A DNA stretch of 31,310 bases from Candidatus Heimdallarchaeota archaeon (GCA_018238545.1 JABCTC010000039.1:1-31310); one strand, 5' to 3'. Positions 1 to 8,609 are shown, counted from the first letter of the stretch. Program-made: numbers and translations. Notes: generated from the sequence alone by a model not told the origin.

Positions 1-116
1 GGTACAATCCTTCCTTCCTTATAATCCTCTTCCCCTCACCGCACGCGAGGGGACCCACCTAAACGACGGTTAGACCGCCTCTGGCAAGTTTGACCAAGTT
101 TCATAACGTGCGTTTA
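1..116 (-). mobile_element. End of an unidentified, probably mobile, structured element inserted into the membrane-protein gene (partial, runs off the window edge)
   Basis: Bases 1-110 are 53% GC (58/110) in an otherwise AT-rich window. Hairpins at 31-53 and 65-79 need G-U pairs that form only on the minus strand. CAAGTTT is directly repeated at 85-91 and 95-101. The host ORF loses its repeat pattern right after ...LSGL. Confidence 0.6.
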
Positions 117-450
117 ATCCTGAAAGTATTGTTAGTAGAACAGTTACCATAATACCCCAACTGGCTATTTTTTGAATTAATCTCAAAGAATTAATTTCTA
201 CTCCTTTCTTCTCTCGTAGTTTTGTAATTAGTTTCTTTGAACGAATCTTGGTGAAGAACATTGTATAGATTAGATGATAGAGAAGTAACCCCACAAAGAA
301 CCATTCAGATATTCGATGTAATTGTGAAAGAAGATACTTATCCTTAAACCAATTTTGTGTCATACTATATCCTGTAAACACGGTTGTGAAGAAGAAAGCA
401 ACCAACATCCAAGATATGATCCTATGAAGCCTAACTCTAAAAGAAGCCAT
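70..450 (-). pseudogene. Membrane protein with His-containing TM helices (cytochrome b-like/DUF4405-like, internally duplicated), probably truncated by the insertion near 115
   Basis: Repeat 1 is LHRIISW..TGY..LHRISEW..LLYHL. Repeat 2 (LIQKIASW..LSGL) stops before its His-bearing helix, and the last ~14 aa come from the GC-rich segment. Confidence 0.55.
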
Positions 451-471
451 ATGTTAAGTTAACATTGTTAA
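451..471. promoter_or_regulatory. Overlapping palindromes (candidate repressor operator) between the TATA-like box and the ATG
   Basis: ATGTTAA-G-TTAACAT (451-465) overlaps TTAACA-T-TGTTAA (459-471). A minus-strand TTTTAATA lies at ~478-485. Confidence 0.45.
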
Positions 472-534
472 ATTTACTATTAAAACTTCATATTTGTCAA
501 AAATAAAAAATACAATATTTACAATAAATACTAG

Positions 535-1347
535 TTAAATACTGTAATCTATTTTTTTATTTTTTAACAAATATCCGTATCTCCACAAACGTTCTAGAAC
601 ATCTATTAGTTTGTTATAAAACAGTTGTAATTCATCTTCCATTTCAATTTTTATAGGTAGATTGTGAGCTTTTGCATAATAATTGAGATATTGATAATCA
701 AAGAAAATTAATTCAGTTCTAGAAAATTCCCAATCTATCAAGGTAATCTTGTTATTCTTATAGATTAAATTCGGGGGAATTAAATCTCCATGTACATAAG
801 ATAAAAATTCAGTATAAGTATCAAGAAGTTCTTCCTGTTGGTTAATAAGTTTTAGCAGAGAATCGATTAATTTGTGTGGATAAGCTAGTTTAGATTTTTG
901 ATACCTTTTTGCAATTTTAATATAAAATGATGTTACATCAGATTTCGTTGGCTTTCTTCTTGAAACTGAAAATGAATGAAGAATATCCAGTGTTTTCTTA
1001 ACTTGATCAACATCAATAAGTTCAGGGGGAAGTTGATGGAGACCAGTTCCTTCCACATATTGGTAAACTATAATTTTTGAATTCTTCTGAAAAAGTATCT
1101 TCGGAGCAATAGTTTCTGAATATTTTTCCAAAGCACTAATTTCTCGCTTAAATCTCTCTTTAGAGAGATAAATTTCATCATCTGTGAATATCTTACACAC
1201 TGCTAGAGGAGAACCATTCGATTTCATTATTGTGTAATTTTCGTTTGTATAACCTTCATTTATTTGCTCCCAGTGTAGCTTTGAAGATAACGTAAATTCT
1301 GCCATCAAATAATCATTCATTTCATCCATTAGTTCAACACTTATCAA
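535..1347 (-). CDS. APH/choline-kinase family phosphotransferase, candidate thiamine kinase (ThiK-like)
   Basis: Motifs EGYTN, VCK, HGDLIPPN (Brenner motif) and LIDWEF. The TTG start overlaps the thiQ TGA stop (TTGA). Alternative ATG at 1329. Confidence 0.8.
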   Translation of the reverse strand: MISVELMDEMNDYLMAEFTLSSKLHWEQINEGYTNENYTIMKSNGSPLAVCKIFTDDEIYLSKERFKREISALEKYSETIAPKILFQKNSKIIVYQYVEGTGLHQLPPELIDVDQVKKTLDILHSFSVSRRKPTKSDVTSFYIKIAKRYQKSKLAYPHKLIDSLLKLINQQEELLDTYTEFLSYVHGDLIPPNLIYKNNKITLIDWEFSRTELIFFDYQYLNYYAKAHNLPIKIEMEDELQLFYNKLIDVLERLWRYGYLLKNKKIDYSI

Positions 1348-2411
1348 AGTAGGATGACCTCCAAGTGATTGAAGTAAATGTAGATTTCTTTATTTTCAGT
1401 GACATATTTTTCATATTCAACCCTAGAGCAATCAACTTTGATGTACTCAGAAGGATTATCTTTTAAATCTAGAATTAATCGATATTCATCTTCACTTTTC
1501 TCAATCATTGTTTTCACAAAGCACTTTAGAACCACAAGGTTGGGGTCTTCAATTTGAGTTTTGGAAATTGAAATAATTGATGGTGGGATCTTTATTCCAG
1601 TTATTTTTGAGTTAACTTCATCTTGAATGAATATATCACAAATTTGAGTGGAAAGCATTGTCTTCTCTTTCTTCTTTGTATACAAAATAGGCCAGATATT
1701 TGGAGAACCTAAAATTCTAGCAATAAGGTAATTTCTTGGGTGTTGTTCAACATCTAGCACTTTTCCAATTTGCTGAATCTTGCCATCGTAAATAACAGCT
1801 ACTCTATCACTAATCAATCTAGCTTCATCCCCATTATGTGTAACATAGAGCGTTGTAGTAGAAGTTTCTTTTTGGATACGTCTGATGGTTAAAGCTAAAG
1901 CTTCTCGACCAGTTGCATCAATACTTGATAGAGGTTCATCTAACAGAAGAATATGAGGTTCTATTGCCATTGCTCTTGCTAAAGCTACTCTTTGTTTCTG
2001 TCCACCACTTATCTCTCGAGGATATCGATCTAATAGACCAGAAATACCTACCAAATCGGCTATCCAATGAATTTTCTTTTCTATTGCTTCTTTTGTCAAT
2101 TTCCTAGCTTCCAATCCAAATGCTATGTTTTGTTTCACTTTCATATGGGGAAAAAGAACTTGAGCTTGTGGAACATACCCTATTTGTCTTACTTGGGGAG
2201 AAAGATCGGTAATTTCTGTATCATCGACATAAATTGTACCTTTTTCTGGTTGAATTATTCCTGCAACTATTTTTAACAAGGTTGTTTTTCCACAACCTGA
2301 TTCACCAAGTAAAACCAGCAATTCACCATGTTTAACCTCTAAATCTAAATTCTCTAGAATCAGCTTTTTTTCATACTTCATAGAAATTTCTTTCATCAAG
2401 AGTCCTGCCAT
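1344..2411 (-). CDS. thiQ: ABC transporter ATP-binding subunit (thiamine uptake)
   Basis: Walker A GESGCGKT, signature ISGGQ, Walker B LLLDEP, H-loop. In an operon with thiB/thiP. Confidence 0.85.
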   Translation of the reverse strand: MAGLLMKEISMKYEKKLILENLDLEVKHGELLVLLGESGCGKTTLLKIVAGIIQPEKGTIYVDDTEITDLSPQVRQIGYVPQAQVLFPHMKVKQNIAFGLEARKLTKEAIEKKIHWIADLVGISGLLDRYPREISGGQKQRVALARAMAIEPHILLLDEPLSSIDATGREALALTIRRIQKETSTTTLYVTHNGDEARLISDRVAVIYDGKIQQIGKVLDVEQHPRNYLIARILGSPNIWPILYTKKKEKTMLSTQICDIFIQDEVNSKITGIKIPPSIISISKTQIEDPNLVVLKCFVKTMIEKSEDEYRLILDLKDNPSEYIKVDCSRVEYEKYVTENKEIYIYFNHLEVILL

Positions 2412-2414
2412 AAT

Positions 2415-4172
2415 TTACACCTTCAATTCTATATCTCCAAACTTTTGTATAACTAGAAAACAAATAATTGTAATAATCACAAGAATACTAGCCATTGTCG
2501 CAGGTAGTTGTAAGGTTTGAGATGTAATTAGTTTCGAAATACCAATCGATAATGTCCCATATTCTCCTCTAACTAGAAAACTTGTAGCAGCAAATTCCCC
2601 TAAACTTATCGCAAAAGCAAAAATACCACCTACAATAATGCCTCTGTAAATATAAAGAAGTTCTATTTTTGTAAAAATCCTGAATCGAGATGCACCTAAT
2701 GTGGAAGCTACATTGAGCATTTCAATATCTATCCGATTATATGCTGAAAGTATAGATCTCGTTGCAAATGGAATACTGATCAAAACATGAGTTAATACTA
2801 TGAATACCCATACATAATCTAAATAAATTACAGAGTTGTTGAACAGCAGAAACATTCCGATTGCAAGAGTTATAGAGGATGTTGCCATTGGTAAAATTAT
2901 GATATATGAAACAAAATTCTCTGAAAAAGAAATCTTGTATTTTTTTAAGCTTTGATATCTATTTCGCAGAACAAAAACAAGTAAAACAGATAGAATTAGG
3001 GTTATTACTGTTGTTAGTGATGCAAATAGTAATGTGTTTAAAAGCAATCTAAGAGGAGAATTACCTAACAAAGGCATATATTCATTTGAAAACAGCTGTT
3101 GATAACCCCATAAAGGGGAAATTCCATCAGCATAAGGTTTGAAAGATTCTATTATTATAGCTACTATTGGGCTGAATGTGAAAATTATCAACGTAAGAAT
3201 GAATAATATAAATAGAAGTATTGACATATTTTTCCGTCTACTTTTTTTAGAAAAAGATATTTTTTCACTTCGAAATATGTCTTCTTTTCCTTCTGCCATT
3301 TGTCTCGTACGACTCTCAAAGAAGAGGTAGAGAATAATTACGATAGTATTCAATATTAGCTGAATTAGAGCTAACGTTGCTCCTCCATTAAAATCGAGGG
3401 ACGATTTCATTAGCTTATAAATTCTAACTTCTAAAGTTTGAAACTTAATTTCTCCCAAATAGAGAACAATTGCAAAACTATTGAAAGTATAAATAAAAAC
3501 TAGGAGAGCAGCAGATACAAGGTAATTCAAAATTTGAGGGAAGATTATCTTACGCAAAATTAACCAATTGCTTGCACCTAAGGATTTAGCAACATTAATC
3601 TGCTCTGTATCAATGCTTTTCCAAGCAGGAATCGACATTCGGATAATAACTGACAAATTATAAAAAACATGAGCTATGAGTATTCCTTCAAATGTGCCAA
3701 ATATCTCAATGATAGGAGAATCAATACCAGTGAGACCAGTCCATATACTGTTAACCCATCCTGATTCTCCATATGTAACAATGAACCCTAGTAGCACTAC
3801 AATTGCTGGAAGTACAAAAGGAATTGTCATTAGGTTCAGTAAGAGGTTTTTTCCTCTAAATTCGTATTTTGCAAAGAAATAACCAGCTGGAATCCCTAAA
3901 ATCAGACAAATTAACATTGACAATAAAGCTTGAGCAAATGTAAAAAGTAAAAATGAGATATTTAGTGGATCAGTTATAGTTTCTATAATAAAACTAAAGG
4001 TAAGTTGGTTGCCATCAGAAAAAGCAAACTGAAATATTTTGGATAATGGAGCATAAAAAAACAATATCAAGAATGAACCAAAAGCAAGTATAACTAAAAA
4101 TATTATGGATTTATTTAAGACAGTATCCACTTTAGCTCTTTTCTTGAGAGTTGTACTAAACATGCTGTTCAA
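2415..4172 (-). CDS. thiP: Thiamine ABC transporter permease (two BPD_transp domains)
   Basis: Duplicated permease with two EAA-like loops (AKSLGAS, ASTLGAS) and ThiP-like IPFVLPAIVV and AHVFYN. Directly follows thiB. Confidence 0.85.
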   Translation of the reverse strand: MNSMFSTTLKKRAKVDTVLNKSIIFLVILAFGSFLILFFYAPLSKIFQFAFSDGNQLTFSFIIETITDPLNISFLLFTFAQALLSMLICLILGIPAGYFFAKYEFRGKNLLLNLMTIPFVLPAIVVLLGFIVTYGESGWVNSIWTGLTGIDSPIIEIFGTFEGILIAHVFYNLSVIIRMSIPAWKSIDTEQINVAKSLGASNWLILRKIIFPQILNYLVSAALLVFIYTFNSFAIVLYLGEIKFQTLEVRIYKLMKSSLDFNGGATLALIQLILNTIVIILYLFFESRTRQMAEGKEDIFRSEKISFSKKSRRKNMSILLFILFILTLIIFTFSPIVAIIIESFKPYADGISPLWGYQQLFSNEYMPLLGNSPLRLLLNTLLFASLTTVITLILSVLLVFVLRNRYQSLKKYKISFSENFVSYIIILPMATSSITLAIGMFLLFNNSVIYLDYVWVFIVLTHVLISIPFATRSILSAYNRIDIEMLNVASTLGASRFRIFTKIELLYIYRGIIVGGIFAFAISLGEFAATSFLVRGEYGTLSIGISKLITSQTLQLPATMASILVIITIICFLVIQKFGDIELKV

Positions 4173-4179
4173 CGTCTAA

Positions 4180-5391
4180 TTACTTTCTTTTTCTTATGAA
4201 ATTGTATGAGATTGCTCCAACTGAAACTGCTAATATAACCACAACAAAAGAGCTGAAATCAACAATCTCTAATTCCCATTCCGATCTCCAGTAATCTAGA
4301 TTTTCGCTTAACATACTTGGAGGAATTAAATAATTTAGGATGTCAACATCATCTGGATTTAAAGCAGTTTCAAGGAAACAGCTATCTATTTTTGTTTGAT
4401 TATTTGCGGGATACATCCAATTGTTCAATGGGATATTTTCTTGAAGCTCTTTGCTTAAAAACCAATCTATGAAATCCTTAGCATTTTCTTCATTTGGTGC
4501 TCCATTTACAAGACCAATCCCTTCTATCTGTAACCAAGCATTGTCAAGTCCGTTTTCATGACTTAAGAAAACAGCTGATGGGGGATCGACTTCTGTACCA
4601 ACTCCCCAGAGAGGATGACAGATATCATAAGCGGGACTAGTTCCATAAGAAACCATGATTGGACGGTTATCTTCAGAGCTATAAACATCAAAAGCTGCCC
4701 CCCAACTAGAAGTGATTCTCAAGTTATCTGAAGCTTTATTCCACCATTCTCTCCAATCTTGACCTAATAATCCTTCAAAGTTAATAGAAGGATCACCATA
4801 AACAGCAATTGTCCATAACAAAAATCCCAAACCAGGCGAGCTAAGTGTAGGATCCTCTACAACAAGCTTCTTGTCTAATTCAAGAGAGATTATATCTTCA
4901 AGTGTTAGATTGTCAATCTCTTGCATGGTGGAGGAATTGATTCTACTAATATCATACCAGAGAGCAATTATACCATAATCGTATGGAAGGAGATAGTGAT
5001 CTGGATCTAGATTGTCGATAAGTTCCTCTGAAATATTTCCTAAACTTGGTGAGGAATAAGGAACTAAGATTTCTTCTCTCTTTGCTGTATGAATAAGAAC
5101 ATTATCAATACCGATCAATACATCTGCAACAGGATTGTTTTTTTCTAGCACAGCTTGTGTTACTATAGTATTTGCATCCTCAACAAGAATGAGATGGATA
5201 TTTTCTTTAGGAATACCACTGTAATTGGAATAACCTTCAACAAAGTCGTACCCAGGATCTGCTAGAAGAGATTCATATGAGTAAATTGTTAATTCATATT
5301 CGTCTACTTCGATTTCAATAGCATTAGTTGATCTGAAAGCAAAGCTAGTAAATAATACAATAAACAACAAAACTAAGACACGTTTTTTCAT
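4180..5391 (-). CDS. thiB: Thiamine ABC transporter substrate-binding protein with signal peptide and C-terminal membrane anchor
   Basis: ThiB/TbpA motifs ADVLIGIDN, PYDYG, DPTLSSPGLGFL, VSYGTSPAY, QIEG and NWMYP. Confidence 0.92.
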   Translation of the reverse strand: MKKRVLVLLFIVLFTSFAFRSTNAIEIEVDEYELTIYSYESLLADPGYDFVEGYSNYSGIPKENIHLILVEDANTIVTQAVLEKNNPVADVLIGIDNVLIHTAKREEILVPYSSPSLGNISEELIDNLDPDHYLLPYDYGIIALWYDISRINSSTMQEIDNLTLEDIISLELDKKLVVEDPTLSSPGLGFLLWTIAVYGDPSINFEGLLGQDWREWWNKASDNLRITSSWGAAFDVYSSEDNRPIMVSYGTSPAYDICHPLWGVGTEVDPPSAVFLSHENGLDNAWLQIEGIGLVNGAPNEENAKDFIDWFLSKELQENIPLNNWMYPANNQTKIDSCFLETALNPDDVDILNYLIPPSMLSENLDYWRSEWELEIVDFSSFVVVILAVSVGAISYNFIRKRK

Positions 5392-5441
5392 TTAAGTCAA
5401 TTCAAACTTGTATTGTTTCATTTTAAATCTTAGCATTACTA

Positions 5442-5457
5442 TATAGGGGGGGTATAA
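5442..5457. promoter_or_regulatory. TATA-N7-TATAA motif upstream of thiB, candidate ThiR site
   Basis: The same spacing recurs upstream of thiR at 6384-6399. Confidence 0.3.
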
Positions 5458-5460
5458 GCA

Positions 5461-6372
5461 TTATGTGAATATCCTATTTACTAGATCAAGCAGTTCTTCG
5501 TAGTCTCTAGCAAAGATATAACCTATTGCTTCATATCCAGAGCTCCCACTATCTAGAAGGACTCTCATATTGAAGACAATAGGATCCTTTGCGGAAAGTT
5601 TTAGAGTTTGTTCCCATTTAGAATCAATGGAGTCAGTAGATAAATAGGGAATTTTCAGATGCTCTATCTTTTTGAATAACTCTGATTTATTTTTGAAACT
5701 CAGGACCCAATGTATGTCTGATTGTTTATCTCTTAACCATAGCAATAGTGAAGACATCGTTTTCGAAGATCCAAATTCAGGATCGCTTACTGTTACAATT
5801 TTTTCTTTTACTTTAATAATTCTTCCAGGATAACTAGCAATGTCATCTAAATCTTTAGCTTTTTTGTCAGATTGAGCTAATTGTGAGCCTATTTCTGGTA
5901 TCCATTTATAGAATGTAGGATGTGTTGAAAGTTGAGTAAACATCGCTTTTAATTCTGAAAGAATGACACTTCGTTCCTCTAACGAAGGTAGTTCCTTATA
6001 ACCAGAACATATGTCACATTTAGGATAATCTTCCAATTGAGGTAGGATTGTTTTATGAATAGAGCATATTGGTCCTTCGACACGTAAAGATTTACATTTA
6101 GTACATATAGTTCTCATTACTTTATCCAAGGGTTCTTGAGTGAAAAGCATGGTTGAAATCGATTCAGAAAGTGCATCTAAATGATGATTAATTTTTTCAT
6201 CGCCTGTTTCAGCAATATTTTTGTGAAGATACGATACAACCACTGGTTGTTTTACGCCCAATAATTTGGCAATTTCATTCTGAGATTTTCCTTTATTCCT
6301 CAACTCATGAGCTATTCTGATTCTTAAGCTTGGAAGCATTGTTGATGCAATATATTCGCATGGGAAACGCAA
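5461..6372 (-). CDS. thiR: ThiR-type regulator: N-terminal HTH, Cys cluster and thiamine-phosphate synthase (ThiN)-like domain
   Basis: MRFPCE...SQNEIAKLLGVKQ HTH; CxxC...CxxH...CxxC; ThiN-like IPEIGS, YPGRI and PEFGSS. TTG start preceded by GGTGA. Adjacent to thiBPQ. Confidence 0.8.
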   Translation of the reverse strand: MRFPCEYIASTMLPSLRIRIAHELRNKGKSQNEIAKLLGVKQPVVVSYLHKNIAETGDEKINHHLDALSESISTMLFTQEPLDKVMRTICTKCKSLRVEGPICSIHKTILPQLEDYPKCDICSGYKELPSLEERSVILSELKAMFTQLSTHPTFYKWIPEIGSQLAQSDKKAKDLDDIASYPGRIIKVKEKIVTVSDPEFGSSKTMSSLLLWLRDKQSDIHWVLSFKNKSELFKKIEHLKIPYLSTDSIDSKWEQTLKLSAKDPIVFNMRVLLDSGSSGYEAIGYIFARDYEELLDLVNRIFT

Positions 6373-6383
6373 AATTACTCACC

Positions 6384-6399
6384 TATATGACATCTATAA
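6384..6399. promoter_or_regulatory. TATA-N7-TATAA motif over the likely thiR transcription start
   Basis: Lies downstream of a minus-strand BRE/TATA-like GAAAAGGTTAATA (~6408-6420). Confidence 0.3.
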
Positions 6400-6501
6400 A
6401 GCGCACCTATTAACCTTTTCTTAAAGAAATTCAGAAAGGGAAATTCTGCAACAAATGGGAAAAACTTAAAATGGTAACGCACACAAATAAACTTGATTAA
6501 A

Positions 6502-6633
6502 GTGGATGCAGTTTTACAAGCTATTTTAGGTTCATTAGGCTTTTTAGTTATGTGTGCCTTATTTACTGTTGCAGTAATTTACATGTTCAAATATACAAAG
6601 AATGATAAAAAGGATAAAAAAACTAAAAGATAA
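6502..6633 (+). CDS. Unannotated 43-aa single-pass membrane microprotein
   Basis: (M)DAVLQAILGSLGFLVMCALFTVAVIYMFKYTKNDKKDKKTKR*: a hydrophobic helix then a basic tail. BRE/TATA-like GAAAAACTTAAA at ~6459-6470. Alternative TTG at 6493. Confidence 0.65.
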   Translation: MDAVLQAILGSLGFLVMCALFTVAVIYMFKYTKNDKKDKKTKR

Positions 6634-6819
6634 TCATCCCATCAATGAAGCTTATTTCAATTATTAAAAATTATTAAAATTTGAGAAAAAGTTACAGATG
6701 ATTTTTCTTGTTAAACCAACCAAGAAACATGCAAGACTTATAAAGATATCAGAGAATATAAATTAAATTAACTGCAATTCAACCATAAGAATGAAAGATT
6801 TATTGCAATCAAAACAGGA

Positions 6820-7740
6820 ATGATGTACTTCATGTCTAAAAAGCCTAACCCACTAGTTAGCAGTAAAAATTGGTACGTTGAAAGAATTTTCCAAATTGCT
6901 CAAGACAGAAGATACATCACAGCAATCGACGTTTGGGCCATCATTTTGGATGCAGTTTTTCTACAAAGAAGGTACCTGGATATCGACGGAAAAGAGATTA
7001 CAGGAATTACAGCTGGAGACATAGCAACTAGCATGAATATGCATCTTAGTTCTGTCTATCATAACCTGAAAATTCTGCAATCTAGAAATCTTAATCTTCT
7101 GGATACTGAAGATCTCATATGTTTTAATGAAAAAGGACGAAAGGTTACTAAGAAAGTTTATAGCATTCCTCAAATATACTATGATGAATTTAGAGATGTT
7201 TATGATAAGATTCAGACATCAGGTTTTGCTCCTCCTCATAAGCAGTTCACTTTCTTCAATTTACTTAAAATACGAGGGATTCTTGCGCATTATTCAGCAT
7301 TATTACATAGAGATAGGCTTTTAGTGGAAGATGACACAAATGAGAACAAAAGTTGGTATCATAAATGGCTATCACCTTTGACATTACCTAAATTCAGTGT
7401 AAATCCAGGCGTCATGTACCGTTTCACAAAAGAAGATATGCGCAAAATTTTAATGGTTCTAACCGAAATTCTTGAGAAGAATAAAGATAACTATGAAAAT
7501 GAAGAAAATGATGGTGTTCCTTTTCTATTTTCTTATCTTATATTTGTCCCATATACTTCTGATATGATGAACGGAGAATGGTTAAACAGGGATGAATTCG
7601 AGGAGAGAGTAGAATTCCACGAAGACCCAGATTACGTAAAAGAGAAATCCAAATGTGAAAGTGACCACGATACTTTCTTCAGGTATGGGATTTCTTGCCC
7701 CGTTTGTGGAGAAGAACCATCTGAAGGATCGATAGAATAA
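6820..7740 (+). CDS. Winged-helix (ArsR-like) transcriptional regulator with C-terminal Cys/His motif
   Basis: HTH TAGDIATSMNMHLSSVYHNLKIL, wing KKVYSI, C-terminal C-x3-H-x9-C-x2-C. Confidence 0.65.
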   Translation: MMYFMSKKPNPLVSSKNWYVERIFQIAQDRRYITAIDVWAIILDAVFLQRRYLDIDGKEITGITAGDIATSMNMHLSSVYHNLKILQSRNLNLLDTEDLICFNEKGRKVTKKVYSIPQIYYDEFRDVYDKIQTSGFAPPHKQFTFFNLLKIRGILAHYSALLHRDRLLVEDDTNENKSWYHKWLSPLTLPKFSVNPGVMYRFTKEDMRKILMVLTEILEKNKDNYENEENDGVPFLFSYLIFVPYTSDMMNGEWLNRDEFEERVEFHEDPDYVKEKSKCESDHDTFFRYGISCPVCGEEPSEGSIE

Positions 7741-8511
7741 TTAACCAATTATCTGTCCTGAATCTATTCTAATTATCTGTCCTTGAATGTGTTTTGTAGT
7801 TAAAAGAATCTTTACTAGTTGATAAATATCTTCAGGTCTTAAGGAATGTTTAAGTGGGTTTTTAGAATTAATTTTTTCAAGAAGACTTTCAAAACTTTGT
7901 TGATTTTTATCTGCCTTCTTTTGAATATCTTCAACATGTCTATCAGTTAATACATATCCTGGGGCTATCGTATTTGTTATTATATTATATTCTGATCCTT
8001 CTTCTGCAAAGAACCATGTCATAGCATGGACACCTGCTTTGGCTACTCCATAGGGCAACTTCTTTGAACTTGGCCTAGATCCAGTTGTTGATCCAAAGAA
8101 GATAATATTTCCCCCACCTGTTTTTTTCATCCACTCAAAAACGTTCTTTCCTAGGAGAAAAGCTGAATCTAAATTTAGAGAAATAACTTTTCGATACTCA
8201 GAATATGTAAGTTCATCAATTTTCTTTGAATATAGGCTACCACCTGTAAGGTTTATGAATCCGTCTATTTTCTTTGTTAGAGATTTAGCTTCACTAAATG
8301 ATTTTATGATTGAAACTTCAGAAAAATAATTACAACTAATAAAGTGAATGTCTATTCCTGATTCTTGAAGTTTTTTCACATAATCTTGACTTCCCTTACC
8401 GCCTAAACCTATGACGCTATATCCATCTTCAATTAAATATCGAGTGATAGATTTTCCTATACCTCCACCTGGAGCAGTTATGAGTATAGTTTTATTGTTT
8501 GATTCATTCAT
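7741..8511 (-). CDS. Short-chain dehydrogenase/reductase (FabG-like)
   Basis: ITAPGGGIG, catalytic S and YGVAK, IAPGYVLT. ATG at 8511 preferred over the track start at 8538. Confidence 0.9.
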   Translation of the reverse strand: MNESNNKTILITAPGGGIGKSITRYLIEDGYSVIGLGGKGSQDYVKKLQESGIDIHFISCNYFSEVSIIKSFSEAKSLTKKIDGFINLTGGSLYSKKIDELTYSEYRKVISLNLDSAFLLGKNVFEWMKKTGGGNIIFFGSTTGSRPSSKKLPYGVAKAGVHAMTWFFAEEGSEYNIITNTIAPGYVLTDRHVEDIQKKADKNQQSFESLLEKINSKNPLKHSLRPEDIYQLVKILLTTKHIQGQIIRIDSGQIIG

Positions 8512-8609
8512 CCTAGATGACAATAGAGGGATTATCAAAAAAAACTTTCTCTAACCCAAAATTTGTAATATGATAAACTAAAACTAGTTTAATAGGATTG
8601 AATAATTGT

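Noticed and set aside
100-121. GTGCG at 108-112 as a group II intron 5' end
   Set aside because: It points into the antisense of the host gene and not into the element. No domain V is visible.
55-137. attC-like boxes (GTTAGAC at 69-75; CATAAC-GTGC-GTTTAAT at 102-118)
   Set aside because: No complementary R''/R' pair at valid spacing within the window, the central hairpin is not symmetric to the box, and there is no integrase. It cannot be fully excluded because the left arm could lie outside the window.
5392-5460. TPP riboswitch upstream of thiB
   Set aside because: The gap is too short and lacks the conserved CUGAGA core.
6655-6730. ATTATTAAAA direct repeat and a weak TTTCTTG/CAAGAAA inverted repeat
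   Set aside because: Low complexity, expected by chance in AT-rich intergenic DNA.
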